NCBI GenBank assembly: GCA_964016885.1
Contig: OZ024743.1
Coordinates: 212,846,001-212,910,000, forward strand
DNA from: Eledone cirrhosa
Lineage: Eukaryota
Length of the DNA: 64,000 nucleotides
Reading direction: 5' to 3'
The notes beneath the pieces are model-generated. The model was not told the origin of the DNA. It searched no databases and saw only the letters and a list, made by a program, of their open reading frames with translations. Positions 13,853 to 27,417 of the stretch are shown piece by piece (position 1 is the first letter of the stretch; the number at the start of each line of letters is the position of its first letter). Both the position numbers and the translations under genes were made by a program.

Positions 13853-14262
13853 TTGTGTGGAATACTTAATTCGTCATCCAATTTAACACCACCATCTGGT
13901 CATTGGGAGTCTTTAGTGGGGTACTCTCCTGTAAAGTTGCCGATTAAAATCTGAACTTGGGTGGAAAACTTAATCCGTCACCCAATTTAACACCACTATC
14001 TGGTCATTGGGAGTCTTTAGTGGGGTACTCTCCTGTAAAGTTGCCGATTAAAATCTGAACTTGGGTGGAATACTTAATCCGTCACCCAATTTAACACCAC
14101 TATCTGGTCATTGGGAGTCTTTAGTGGGGTACTCTCCTGTAAAGTTGCCGATTAAAATCTGAACTTGGGTGGAATACTTAATCCGTCACCCAATTTAACA
14201 CCACTATCTGGTCATTGGGAGTCTTTAGTGGGGTACTCTCCTGTAAAGTTGCCGATTAAAAA
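13853..14262. repeat. Tandem repeat, 104-bp unit, about 4 copies
   Basis: ttgggtggaatacttaatccgtcaccc... recurs at 13957, 14061, 14165. Confidence 0.95.
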
Positions 14263-14699
14263 TAACCCGATATTTCGATGTGCTGACTGGATGGTCACGA
14301 TTAGAATGCGTTTTATTATAGGTCTACTCGATCAAGGTTGACCTCGAGATAAACATCAACAACAATTGGAGGTATTACCATATTTGCCTGCCTATTAGTC
14401 CCCCCCCCAAAAAAAAAAAACATATTACAAAAAATTTTCCCTGCGTCTAATATCATCGATGGGAGGCCGAACGGAGAGTGAGGGCAATCATGGTAAAACA
14501 AATTAGTTTGTATTACTATTAGTATTACTAATACAGTAATACAATTTATATAAGCAAAATGATGTCGAATTTACATGAGTTTCTGAAAAAAAAAACCCCA
14601 AAAAACAATGAATTAATTTAAAATGAATTTATGAAGAAATGTACTAAAATTAATTTTTCTCGATAGGTCAGCAAATACGGTACCTTAGAGCGACTGGCA

Positions 14700-15003
14700 T
14701 TCCGTCGCTTACGACGACGAGTGTTCAAGTTGATACGATCAACGGAACAGCTTGCTCGTGAAATCAACGTGTAAGTGGCTGAGCATTCCACAGACACGCG
14801 TATCCTCAACGTAGTTCTCAGAGAAATTCAGCTTGACACAGAATGTGACAAGGCTGACCCTTCGAATTACAGCTACAACTTATTTTTGCCAGCTGAATGG
14901 ACTGGAGTTACGTGAAATAAAGTGTCTTTATGTCGCCGGGAATCAAACTCATGAACTTATGATTGTGAGCCGAATACCCTAACCACAAAGCCACGCACCT
15001 TCA
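14700..15003 (-). mobile_element. tRNA-derived SINE (CORE-type)
   Basis: Reverse strand begins gaaggtgcgtggctttgtggttagggtattcggctcacaatc...gagtttgattcccggc (A/B boxes), then gacacttta-tttcacg core; related copies at 18440-18580(-), 28933-29080(+), 49190-49280(+), 61380-61530(-). Confidence 0.75.
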
Positions 15004-15011
15004 CCTTATAG

Positions 15012-15534
15012 CAGAGCTTCTCAAATGTTTTTGGCCACCGCCCACCTCAGGGCCACGTAATACCCTCAGCACGCCACCCCTATTTCCAGAGAGACTTGCT
15101 TACATGCAAATTGTAAATAATATGTAACGTTTCTACTTTTGGCACAAGACCAGCAATTACCCAGTACATTACTGGTGCTTTATTTTATCGACCCCGTAAG
15201 GATGAAAGGCAAATTTAACCACGGCGGGATATGAACCCAGAACGTAAAGAGCCATAACTCTATGCTGAAAGGCATGGTGTCTGACGCTCAACCGATACTG
15301 CCAAACCACCGCCGTAAATTATATATGATAAATAAAATAATAGATACTATGTATAAATAAATATTATATATTTTTTATTTTACTATATTTATATATATAT
15401 CGTATCATTTGATATTTAATATACTATCATTTAATATTATATCATCTCTTCTGACCTCCTCCAGGCCCCTTAAGCTCTCCCTGGACCTTCTCACTGCCAC
15501 CAGGGGGCAGTAGCGCCCACTTTGAGAACCTCTA
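15012..15534. mobile_element. hAT (Charlie/MER5-like) MITE with nested SINE (15131-15312, minus)
   Basis: TIR cagagcttctcaaa / tttgagaacctcta; 8-bp TSD ccttatag / cctcatag. Confidence 0.8.
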
Positions 15535-15718
15535 CCTCATAGTATTGCGATGAAATCCTCCTTTGTGTATCCTTCCTTGAATTGAAACACAAATCTTGAA
15601 TCTTCAGTAAAATCCCACTAACCATTGTCCCATGGTTTCCTTAAGTCTCTTTCTCTCTCTTTTTGCTCCCTTTCTTTCACCAGCCCTCTCTCTTATTATT
15701 ACTCTTTTTATATCACAG

Positions 15719-15885
15719 ACCCTGAGAGTGTATCTTATGAGGGTGACTCTTATGCGGATAAAAGCCGTGTGGTAACTATTGAGATGGCGATATACAATGA
15801 CGCAGACATGACCAAATTGTTAGAGGCGAAAGGAGCTGACACCCTACAGAAGAAAATCGATTATATCATATCAAAAATGAATGGG
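15719..15885 (+). CDS. ADAMTS-like exon 3 (start of catalytic domain)
   Basis: cacag|DPESVSYEGDSYADKSRVVTIEMAIYNDADM...SKMNG|gt; IEM.I..D..M matches the reprolysin first strand (vE..vv.D..m). Confidence 0.88.
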
Positions 15886-16266
15886 GTAAACTCTTCTCTA
15901 TATCCTTACACCTATTGTTTTTCTCGTTGTTTCTTGTACCATCTGAACAAATGCAGTCACGCACATGCACATATGCACACGGAAACAAAAACGTACACAC
16001 ACATACACACACACAATATTCATAGAGCTAGAATTATTAAAGGACTACTTTCCTACGTCACACACCAGTGGTTTCTTGACCATGAGAACTTCGATGAAAG
16101 CAATGGAATTACCCTTGACATTAGCAAACTCTTCAACAAAGCAACGTGCGTACCTCCACATGGTGACTCTTCTTGTTAGAAATAGCCGCCTAAGCTTGCT
16201 CAAACGACGCCCTACCGTCTTGAAAATGTGGTAAAACATTCGATAATATTAGCTTAGATACGCAAT

Positions 16267-16330
<64 letters not shown>

Positions 16331-18936
16331 CGTCATGGCTGCAATACTTTTGATCACAAGTCTGCTCAGCTAGAGCTGACCAAGGGCTAAACTATGACAA
16401 TCTTAACAAAACCAACAATAAAATCTTCAACTATGACAGGTTAAGCTGATCATATTGGGCTGTATTGATCTTTCAAATTTTAGACCTGCTTCACCGCAAC
16501 GTGTGTCACCGGTTCTCTATTCTACTCCAATGGCGATCAATGACGATCTACTTCTGGTTTCGGTTATGTCTCTTACACACTTTCTTCTATACCGTAATGA
16601 TTCTACTGTCACAACACACACACACATCTCTGAAGATTACATCACTCTTTAGTTCTCCTAAACCTCCCGGACATACGCAACATAAACACCTCATTGCTGA
16701 CTTAAGAAAAAACAAAACACTCTCCAACGAGGGCATGATAAACTAATTTCCTTTAACAGCATTAAAACACTATTACTATTCATAGAATCTTTAAATACTC
16801 TCTCTACTTACAAACAACATAAAACCAAATCCTTTAACCTGTTGACTGCCGCGTATATTTTCCAGTAAAATGACTATTTTTTAAAGCAAACATTTATTAA
16901 CAATCACACATCTGAATGATTGACAAACGTCACATCAATAAACTAGTAACCCCATTTAGCTTTGAAGTTATGAACTTTTGGAAACGACTTCATAACTTTG
17001 AAGTTGTGAACTGTTGGAAAAGAGTTCAAAAATGTTAGGACGAGTTATCTCACCTACAGCACTGAAAAGGTTAAACACTCTAAAAATAGTGGACCTCATA
17101 ATATCTGATGAGTTTTCATGAAGATCGTACATTTGTAACACTGCATCCCAGAAGCTAAATATAAAATATGGAGACATAAAATACAATAGAGTACTCCTCG
17201 CACTATTGGTGCGGTACTGTCGCTAGACATAATCCTCCTAAAACAAGGTTATTTGTCTGTTTCACTAAATTTCTCTCACAATAATCACTAGTCTAAAAGT
17301 CTGTCTCGGAGATGGAGGTTCATCAAGCCGGTGCTTATCCCGATTTCCGTGGCGTGAAGTGACAAGACTCCTCCCTGGAAAGGGCGCCAGTCCATCGCAG
17401 TGTTAAATCCTCAGGTATTGCTGATACTCATTTTGATGAGTATGCTGAGCAATGTGAAACGAAGTGTTTTGGTCAAGAACACACTTACCACTAGGTCATA
17501 CGCCTTCACGAAATCAATATTTTACGGACAAAATGTTTCTAATCTCTGTATTTTTACGGCTAGCTATAATAACTCCCCATCATCTTCAGAAGACAGTTGC
17601 ATATTTTTTCCTTCCTAATCATCTATTCTAGGTCCCATCATCCCCCCTTTTGTCACCCTCTTCTGAGTCTCACTTCTCCAAACATTTAAAACTACTTTTA
17701 CCAATCCTTTTTACTTCACACTCCACTGAATATTCTTATCCTCGTTTTCAAATAGACGTTAATCTACAGAACTCCAATATGAACATAAATTACATTCATC
17801 TCACCAATATGTGAAGGCCTGAAAAGATCTTGGGTGTTGTCCCTCTCCCGCTACTCACAAAAAGGTGTATATAAACAACGAGTGGTAATTCTTTGTCTAG
17901 AATTGAATCTCCCTCTTTCTGACGTGAAAAATTTTATAGATATTATATGATGGAGCAAATGACGAATTGGCAGTGGTTAGAATGTCAGATAGAATGCTTT
18001 ACATTATTCGTTCCGATTCTCTGCTTTCTGAGTTCAAATCCCGCCGAAGTCAACTTTACCTTACATTTATTGAAGGTCGATAAAAGAAGTACCAGTCTAC
18101 TACTGGGGTTGATTCTTCGTCTATATCTCTTTCTTTCGCTTATTCACTAGCCTTCTCTGGATGAAATCTGCTGTATTCAGACCTGGAGAGGAGATGGGCT
18201 CTGTCAGGTTTAAAAATGTCCTAGAAAAGCCGTATGTCAATACGGCGCCCCGACGACTCCCTCAAGAGTTACAGGTCCATACATACATGTGACGCAGCAG
18301 AAAATCGTATTTTATTGCCTTTTTAACTAATGGAAAAATGTTTTCCTATTTATTGAGTGTTAACTTAATTTTATATAGATATTCGCAAGTTGTAAAGACT
18401 CCATTCGTTCACGAATGATTCGGGGATTTGCACATAGAGAATTTACATGAGTGAGGTGGAGCAACGTGAAATAATGTGTCTTGCTCAAGGACACAACGCA
18501 TCACCCGGTCCAGTAATCGAACTAAAAACCTAACGATTGTAAGCCCAACGCTCTAACCACTAAGCGATGTGCCTTCACTATATTCGCGAGTTAGGTGCCA
18601 TGATTATACTGTTATGCAATGAGATATCACATTATAGTTGCTTTCAGATAATTCTATTCACGACTACACAATGATAAATAATTTTTTCGCTCTATAGATA
18701 CTCACTACAACATGACTGCAGTATTTCTGATAACTATATAGGGACTCAGAGAAATGAACTGAGATTTCTAGCTTGAGACACCTTTATGTAATAGCTTCCA
18801 TTGTACAAGTATAAGTTGGCAGAAATAACAGATGTAATTTATTGACAAGCTCAATATGTATGTTTTCTAGGCTCAATATGTATGTTTTACAGGTGCAATA
18901 TGTATGTTTCACAGATGCAATATGTATGTTTTACAG

Positions 18937-19023
18937 GTGCAATATGAATACTCAAAAATCAAACAACTGAAACGTAAAGTTGTGTTTCAAGTAAAAAAAA
19001 TGGTGTTTTGGAAAAAGAATCCG
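18937..19023 (+). CDS. ADAMTS-like exon 4
   Basis: ttttacag|VQYEYSKIKQLKRKVVFQVKKMVFWKKNP|gtacg; phase 0/0. Confidence 0.82.
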
Positions 19024-19927
19024 GTACGTTATATCAATTTTCTTCCAGTTTTATCTTTATTATTGTTTCTAGACCACTTCCAAGATTTGGGTGAACAGTG
19101 TTCTCCTTGTAAAGGGCTGCTCAGTCACAAAAGACTCCGCCCAAGCAATTCCTATTCCGCAAAATGGCAACAACGTTAGATAAGCCTTAAGCCGCCCGTG
19201 TGTAGGTAGATTAGCAACTGCATACCTCCAACACGTTAGGTCTGTACACGTCACTGCTTCCCCATCGCCACAGGACTTTGAAGAGGTATTTGCACAAGGA
19301 GATCATAGTAACAGATGCTTGTGCGACACATATGCTGCTCTCCAAGTATCAACAGCAAGAATCCGGTGACAAGCAGATGCAAGATGATCGGTAGATGTAT
19401 CAGCCGCAGTTATTTCAGAGTATCCACTCAAGTAAAACAATTTTTTCCCAGATAAATAACTAGGTAAAAAAGTATTTTAAAAGTTAAAAGTTACAAGTTA
19501 AAAAGTTAAAAGTTTAGAGGTTAAAGTTTGAAAGTTTGAATGTTAAAAAAAAAGTTATAATACACATGTACACGTAAATAATTGCCCACACATTTATACA
19601 TCGACACAGTATATACATATATACAAGGTTGGATGGCCGTTGATTCTCGTGAGTTCCTCCTCCCTTTGTCAGGTCTTCTTTTTTATCCATCAGGGTGTCC
19701 AATCACCCGCCTCACCAAGCAAGAATGGTGGAGTTGCCAGTTTAGTGGCTGACGACCCGACCATGTGACAGGTTGTACTGGGTTATATGTCACCAGTAGC
19801 ACTCAAGAGCGACCTGACGCTACACACACACACACATATATATATAATATAGAAATGGCTTCTACAGGACTAGAACTGTCTCATTTGAAGGACATCATCA
19901 GAATAGCCTGATGATTTCCTTCGAATG

Positions 19928-20230
19928 AAGCAGATATTATTTTACCTACCCAGGCAACGCTGGGTACTGCTGCTAGTGAAGAATGAACTGAAAAGTGGCA
20001 AAGAGTTTTAGAGAATGGTGGGAGAAAAAAATAAAAGAATAAAAACAAATAGAGAATGAGAGCAAGTATCAAGATTGCCATACTTTTCACAACTGTACAC
20101 TGTTATTGTTTTCTTTTTAATTTGGAAACTTTGCTATCATACTTTAAATTTATGTTTAATTGTAAGATTCTTTTTGAAAATCCTATCCAATTATCAACTA
20201 AGTCTATTAGAACCGACTTACAGAATATCC

Positions 20231-20233
<3 letters not shown>
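19928..20233. repeat. 306-bp inverted duplicate of 25471-25776 (Helitron 3' end plus flank)
   Basis: Near-identical reverse complement (a few substitutions); both copies abut (TA)n. Confidence 0.95.
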
Positions 20234-20287
<54 letters not shown>

Positions 20288-20410
20288 GGAGGTGAGTTTT
20301 ATTGTAGTACAATAAAGCAATGCAGATATCGGATAAGAAGCACTCTACAGTTTGTGGGACTGGAGTATGCATAATATAAGATCAAAAGATGGTTAAAGGA
20401 GTTCCATATA

Positions 20411-20477
20411 TTTTATTATGCGCATTTCAAAAACAAACATCATCATGCAATAATATTTGTGTTTTCATCAGATAAAA
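20411..20477 (-). ncRNA. Type-I hammerhead ribozyme (mirror copy of 21784-21850)
   Basis: Reverse complement of the 21784-21850 motif. Confidence 0.75.
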
Positions 20478-21783
20478 CAGGAGAACATGATATGAAGGCC
20501 AAAAAACACTTGTGGATAGTGAAGTTTTAAATCAACATATGAAAAGTGGTTTTAGATTGATGTGTGATATTGGGAAAAATATTTTATTTAGAGAGGGGGG
20601 GGGAAGAGATGAGAGGGAGAGATGGGTGATAGAGAGAAAGAGATAGTTTTTATAACTGAGAGGAGATATATTTTTTACATAGAGAGGTTGAAAATCGTTG
20701 GAAGATACTGTATAAATTAAAAATTTTGAAAATTAACGAAGGGAGGATATGTGCGAGGAAAAAATATTTTATTTAGGGAGGGGGGGTGGAAAGGATGAAA
20801 AAAAGGGGGAGGAGATGAGAGTGAAGGTGGAGAGGGAGAGATGGGTGATAGAGAGAAAGAGATAGTTTTTATAACTGAGAAAAAGATATATTGTTTTAAT
20901 ATAGAGAGGTTGGGAACCGTTGGAAGATAATGTATAAATTAAAGGAATTTGAAAATTAACGAAGGGAAATTATGTATGAAGATAGAGAGAAAAAAATAAT
21001 AATTGTGGGTGAATATTCTAACGTCAAAAAAGGAATGTATGTATTGTGGCAATTTCAAAATTAGCGAAGAGAAAAATTGTTAAGGTTTGTGTGTAGAAGG
21101 ATTTGAGAAAAATAATGTAAAGTTAAAGTTTGTATATTGATTGAATTGATAATATATGCGAATAAAGAGTTAATATGTATTAATAATGAGTTCGTTGATG
21201 GGGAGAAAAAAATAATAAATTAAGGATGAAATTGAGATTAGAATATTCACCCACAATTATTATTTTTTTTCTCTCTATCTTCATACATAATTTCCCTTCG
21301 TTAATTTTCAAATTCCTTTAATTTATACATTATCTTCCAACGGTTCCCAACCTCTCTATATTAAAACAATATATCTTTTTCTCAGTTATAAAAACTATCT
21401 CTTTCTCTCTATCACCCATCTCTCCCTCTCCACCTTCACTCTCATCTCCTCCCCCTTTTTTTCATCCTTTCCACCCCCCCCCCTCCCTAAATAAAATATT
21501 TTTTCCTCGCACATATCCTCCCTTCGTTAATTTTCAAAATTTTTAATTTATACAGTATCTTCCAACGATTTTCAACCTCTCTATGTAAAAAATATATCTC
21601 CTCTCAGTTATAAAAACTATCTCTTTCTCTCTATCACCCATCTCTCCCTCTCATCTCTTCCCCCCCTCTCTAAATAAAATATTTTTCCCAATATCACACA
21701 TCAATCTAAAACCACTTTTCATATGTTGATTTAAAACTGCACTATCCACAAGTGTTTTTTGGCCTTCATATCATGTTCTCCTG

Positions 21784-21850
21784 TTTTATCTGATGAAAAC
21801 ACAAATATTATTGCATGATGATGTTTGTTTTTGAAATGCGCATAATAAAA
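21784..21850 (+). ncRNA. Type-I hammerhead ribozyme
   Basis: ttttat-CTGATGA-aaacacaaatattat tgc atgatgatgtttgttttt-GAAA-tgcgca-TA-ataaaa; palindromic stem III TGCGCA, AUA cleavage site. Confidence 0.75.
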
Positions 21851-21906
21851 TATATGGAACTCCTTTAACCATCTTTTGATCTTATATTATATATATATAT
21901 ATATAT

Positions 21907-22178
<272 letters not shown>

Positions 22179-22232
22179 CGGCGATGAATTAGTTTTGCGA
22201 GGTTTTTAATATGAAATCGTGTGTCGAAACAG

Positions 22233-23828
22233 ATATTGTTATATTTGGGGAGGGTCATATTTGTGTAATATTGCCAGAATTAATAACAGAACACACTCAC
22301 TGTTTGGTTGGTTTTCGCTTCTCGCTGTCTTTTATATATATATATCTGCGATCTAGCTTACTCGGTCCTCAATGTTGCCATTGACTGACCGGCGGTCAAA
22401 AATAATACAGATACAATATAGACAAACACATATATATATAGTTTACATAAATCTTTCGTTGCACATCTGCAACATCGTCAGTGGTGTTATATTCATTGTT
22501 CCTCCTGTTGTGTTGTATGTCTACGCCATTTTTTTTGTTCAGTCTGTCTATATATTTATTTATTTATTTGCTTGTTTGTTTATCTTATTTTATTTTGTCT
22601 TCTTTGCGCATGCGTTTGCGTGTGTGTATAGTGTTATGTGTGATGTGTGATGTGTGACTAGTGTGTATAGTGTTGTCTGCTGGGTGACTAGTGTGTGTTT
22701 ATGTGCTTGTGTATGTATTTATTTATCTTATTTTATTTTATTTAATTTACTTATTTATTTATACTTCTCTTAGGTCAGTGTTGTTTGTTTGGGTGTTGTT
22801 GTTGTTCCACTCATTCTTTCTGTTTAGCTTTGGTCTTCTAATTTCTATTTCACTGGCCTCTCTGATTTGCCTATCTGCTGGGTCATTCCTATGTTTAGAT
22901 ATTATTCTAATTTCTATGTTGTCTATGTTACCGTCATGATGTTGTCTAGCATGTTCGTATAGTACTGACCCGTTTTTTCGTCCTTTTAGTTCCCCCCAGT
23001 GTTGGTCTATCCTTTCACCTATGCTACGAGCTGTCTCACCTATGTATGTTGTTGTCGTGTTTCTGCAAGTACCCTCTGTACATCTTATGCTATAGACTAC
23101 GTTTCTAGTTTTACAGTTTATCCGGGGGTTCACCTTACATATGATACATTTCCTATTGGTACAGTGGGTTTTCTTAAAAGGGTAGGTTTTGCTGATCAGG
23201 GATTTTATGGTGGTTCCTGGCTTTTCTACCACCTTTATTTTTAAGTGGGTCTTTCTCAGGGCCTTTCTACACTGGTTAGCTAATTTCCCTCCAGGGGTGG
23301 CGTCCACAAACATGACACTCTGATATCTCTGGTTGTCGTACCATGATGTGGCCTTCCCTATCTTATGTCTAGCCCTATCTAAGCTATTCCATGATTTGCT
23401 CCTGTATAGTGGGCAAATTCCTTTCATGTCCAGTTCTATGAGGGTCTTATACTTTTCCATGGCTCCTTCGTATACTCTGACTCTGTCTCTTTGGTTGTAG
23501 CCAGAGAACTGCATGCGGTTGATGAAGTGTTGGATGTGTCCTTCCATTTCTGTTGGGTCGCACATGCTGGACACATTCTTCATCACTCGTACCAAATCTG
23601 CGATCAGAATATTAAACTTAGCACTACTGGACATTGCTGAGTTTTTGAGTATCAGGTATTTGGAGGCCATGGGTTTAGCATAGTGTGAGTGGAGAATTTG
23701 GGCTCTCTCGTCTATAGTGTTAATCCAGAGTTCTGTGTCTAATACAGGTAGTCTATTGTTAGGGTGTTTGGAAGGGAAGTCTATAGTTACAGTTATACTC
23801 TGGTGTATGGAATTAGCTATCTGCTGGA
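22233..23828 (-). mobile_element. Penelope-like retroelement, 5'-truncated, left (inverted) arm
   Basis: Mirror image of 23834-25429; ORF 22759-23898(-) identical to the + ORF apart from residues at the loop. Confidence 0.92.
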
Positions 23829-23833
23829 TGCTT

Positions 23834-24903
23834 TCCAGCAGATAGCTAATTCCATACACCAGAGTATAACTGTAACTATAGACTTCCCTTCCAAACACCC
23901 TAACAATAGACTACCTGTATTAGACACAGAACTCTGGATTAACACTATAGACGAGAGAGCCCAAATTCTCCACTCACACTATGCTAAACCCATGGCCTCC
24001 AAATACCTGATACTCAAAAACTCAGCAATGTCCAGTAGTGCTAAGTTTAATATTCTGATCGCAGATTTGGTACGAGTGATGAAGAATGTGTCCAGCATGT
24101 GCGACCCAACAGAAATGGAAGGACACATCCAACACTTCATCAACCGCATGCAGTTCTCTGGCTACAACCAAAGAGACAGAGTCAGAGTATACGAAGGAGC
24201 CATGGAAAAGTATAAGACCCTCATAGAACTGGACATGAAAGGAATTTGCCCACTATACAGGAGCAAATCATGGAATAGCTTAGATAGGGCTAGACATAAG
24301 ATAGGGAAGGCCACATCATGGTACGACAACCAGAGATATCAGAGTGTCATGTTTGTGGACGCCACCCCTGGAGGGAAATTAGCTAACCAGTGTAGAAAGG
24401 CCTTGAGAAAGACCCACTTAAAAATAAAGGTGGTAGAAAAGCCAGGAACCACCATAAAATCCCTGATCAGCAAAACCTACCCTTTTAAGAAAACCCACTG
24501 TACCAATAGGAAATGTATCATATGTAAGGTGAACCCCCGGATAAACTGTAAAACTAGAAACGTAGTCTATAGCATAAGATGTACAGAGGGTACTTGCAGA
24601 AACACGACAACAACATACATAGGTGAGACAGCTCGTAGCATAGGTGAAAGGATAGACCAACACTGGGGGGAACTAAAAGGACGAAAAAACGGGTCAGTAC
24701 TATACGAACATGCTAGACAACATCATGACGGTAACATAGACAACATAGAAATTAGAATAATATCTAAACATAGGAATGACCCAGCAGATAGGCAAATCAG
24801 AGAGGCCAGTGAAATAGAAATTAGAAGACCAAAGCTAAACAGAAAGAATGAGTGGAACAACAACAACACCCAAACAAACAACACTGACCTAAGAGAAGTA
24901 TAA
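23834..24903 (+). CDS. Truncated PLE RT-GIY-YIG ORF (open, no internal stops)
   Basis: ORF 23764-24903; the first about 23 codons are antisense read-through across the palindrome axis, so the start is not genuine. Confidence 0.85.
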
Positions 24904-25177
24904 ATAAATAAGTAAATTAAATTAAATAAAATAAGATAAATAAATACATACACAAGCACATAAACACACACTAGTCACCCAGCAGACAACACTATACACA
25001 CTAGTCACACATCACACATCACACATAACACTATACACACACGCAAACGCATGCGCAAAGAAGACAAAATAAAATAAGATAAACAAACAAGCAAATAAAT
25101 AAATAAATATATAGACAGACTGAACAAAAAAAATGGCGTAGACATACAACACAACAGGAGGAACAATGAATATAACA

Positions 25178-25216
25178 CCACTGACGATGTTGCAGATGTG
25201 CAACGAAAGATTTATG
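25178..25216 (+). ncRNA. Hammerhead core in PLE 3' region (weak stem I); mirror at 22446-22484(-)
   Basis: CTGACGA-t gttgca gatg tgcaac-GAAA-gatt-TA-tg; same position as the better-formed HHR in the related element at 61941-61985. Confidence 0.55.
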
Positions 25217-25421
25217 TAAACTATATATATATGTGTTTGTCTATATTGTATCTGTATTATTTTTGACCGCCGGTCAGTCAATGGCAACATTGAGGACCGA
25301 GTAAGCTAGATCGCAGATATATATATATAAAAGACAGCGAGAAGCGAAAACCAACCAAACAGTGAGTGTGTTCTGTTATTAATTCTGGCAATATTACACA
25401 AATATGACCCTCCCCAAATAT

Positions 25422-25473
<52 letters not shown>

Positions 25474-25727
25474 GGATATTCTGTAAGTCGGTTCTAATAG
25501 ACTTAGTTGATAATTGGATAGGATTTTCAAAAAGAATCTTACAATTAAACATAAATTTAAAGTATGATAGCAAGGTTTCCAAATTAAAAAGAAAACAATA
25601 ACAGTGTACAGTTGTGAAAAGTATGGCAATCTTGATACTTGCTCTCATTCTCTATTTGTTTTTATTCTTTTATTTTTTTCTCCCACCATTCTCTAAAACT
25701 CTTTGCCACTTTTCAGTTTATTCTTCA

Positions 25728-26754
25728 CTAGCAGCAGTACCCAGCGTTGCCTGGGTAGGTAAAATAATATCTGCTTTGATGAAAAGGTGTTGATCTTAGC
25801 GACTGCTTCTCGATGACTCATCTATGGCCACACACAGACCATGCGGGTGAGGATGGTGATGACCTCTATCACTGAGAAACGCGGGTGACTGACGAAGGGG
25901 CATGCTGGGGGAGGGAGGTAATGACCTCTAACACAAAGCCAAATTTCCTCACGCTACTTGATTGGAAACCGATGAATTCTCAAATACACAACTAAAAGCT
26001 CAAACGACGTCAGTGGCCATCGTTTTGCCTTTGACCATCTTAAGATGTGCAATGATAGGTTCTATCGTAGTATAAAAGTTGAACCAAATAAATTGATTTA
26101 TGTGTGAGGTGGAGCCGAAGTTTCGAATTTGAACGAAATCGGTTGAAAAATGTGGGAGCTAGAGCCGAAAAGGCGGAAATTTGAGCGAAAAGTGGTATTT
26201 TCGAATATTTAAGCGGCTGCCATGCCGTTCCTGAAGAAAAAAATCCCAAATGTAAAGCCACTTAAGACGTGAAATAATCAGATCTAGCGTAGTGTAAAAT
26301 TTGAACAAAGTAGGTTGATTAATGTGGTAGCTAGAGCCGAAAAAGTGGAAATTTGAGTCTAAAAGTGGTATCTTTGAATATTTAAGCGGCTGCCACGCTG
26401 TCCCTGAACAACAAATGCAAAATATAAAGCCATTACAGGATGTGCAATGATAAATTTTATTTTGCTTTAAAATTTGAACGAAATTGGTGGCAAAATGTGG
26501 GAGCTAGAGACAAAAATCTTATTTTTCGATACCTAAAAAAAGGTGACCCCCCCCCCTATCGATTTCTATCTATAGAATGACCCCGGAATAAAAAAAACCG
26601 ATACGCTGATATATAGAAAAGACTCCCCGATGTCTAATCTATAAGCCTGTAAAGTTTCATGAAAATCGGTCGTAAGATGTAGGCCCCTATAGGTAATACA
26701 CAGACACAAAGATACACACACACATACACATACTTAATTTTATATATATACAGA
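25728..26754 (-). mobile_element. Non-autonomous Helitron, complete
   Basis: Minus strand: A|TCtgtatatatataaaa 5' end (26754), GT-rich tract, ccgattttcatgaaac motif, about 173-bp internal repeats, 3' hairpin cccaggcaacgctggg then CTAG|T (25728). Confidence 0.82.
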
Positions 26755-26820
26755 TTTCTTTTAATCAAGAAAAATTAACTCTCGACTAACTTTTTTTTAT
26801 CGTCATTTGTTTCTTTGAAG

Positions 26821-26921
26821 AGCTGGTTACATGTAACAAACAGACTTGGAACAATGTTAAGTTCCCTTTGCCGATGGAACGTCAACGCAGAACCATTTGA
26901 TATCGTTTTTCTCATTACAGG
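26821..26921 (+). CDS. ADAMTS-like exon 5
   Basis: tttgaag|SWLHVTNRLGTMLSSLCRWNVNAEPFDIVFLITG|gt; L..(F/L)C.W...D.a.llT ADAMTS motif. Confidence 0.9.
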
Positions 26922-27417
26922 GTATTGTATAATTAATTTTACAAATATATTCTTTCTATATTCATTTTCAAGGCGCTGAGATATAATCTGAGGGAGATTT
27001 GGCTGCCATTTCTGGCAGGTCGAAAGACCATTAATATAGAGGCTCCTCGTTTGATATGATGTAATATTTTTGACAAATGCCAGAAAGTGTCTGCTGTAAA
27101 TTTCTCATCGGTGGGAATGTGACACTATATAATTTCTCTGTGCACTATCAAACTACCGAGGTAATCTCTACATCACCGCTAGAAATAATAGCCAAATCTA
27201 TTTTAAATTATACGCTCTGTTTTGAAATGGAGGGACACAGGATATAATGTACTCTCGGCTCTCGAATAAACGTCTCCACCCCTTATTAACATTTCAGATT
27301 TTTTTCTATTCCAATCCCCTACTACTTGGAACCCGAGAGTAGTTCTAAATATGTAATGCCAGAGAGACTGGTGGTGTGTTTATGGCTGGATGTCATATTT
27401 ATAGTTATGCTCTAGCA

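Larger units (their letters stand above)
20371..21890. repeat. Fold-back: about 650-bp arms (20371-21021 / 21238-21890) with about 216-bp spacer, HHR-bearing non-coding element
   Basis: Arms are near-exact reverse complements; each contains a hammerhead. Confidence 0.93.
23834..25429 (+). mobile_element. Penelope-like retroelement, 5'-truncated: RT C-terminus/thumb, Cys-rich linker, GIY-YIG endonuclease, 3' pLTR-like region
   Basis: ITVTIDFPS...LPVLD (late RT motifs), H..KP.....Y....S, CxxxxCxxC linker, VVYSIRC...YIGETAR...R..QH...HA..HH...RQIREA..I...P.LN (GIY-YIG); ends in (TA)n. Confidence 0.93.

Noticed and set aside
19744-19803. Hammerhead-like CTGACGA...ctgg/ccag-TA
   Set aside because: The GAAA core is absent (TGTA); too degenerate to call.
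23764-23833. N-terminus MFGREVYSYSY... of the 379-aa ORFs as a real start; two overlapping divergent genes
   Set aside because: It is the antisense of the opposite arm read across the palindrome axis.
23834-24903. Selenocysteine-recoding PLE
   Set aside because: No in-frame TGA in the visible ORF.
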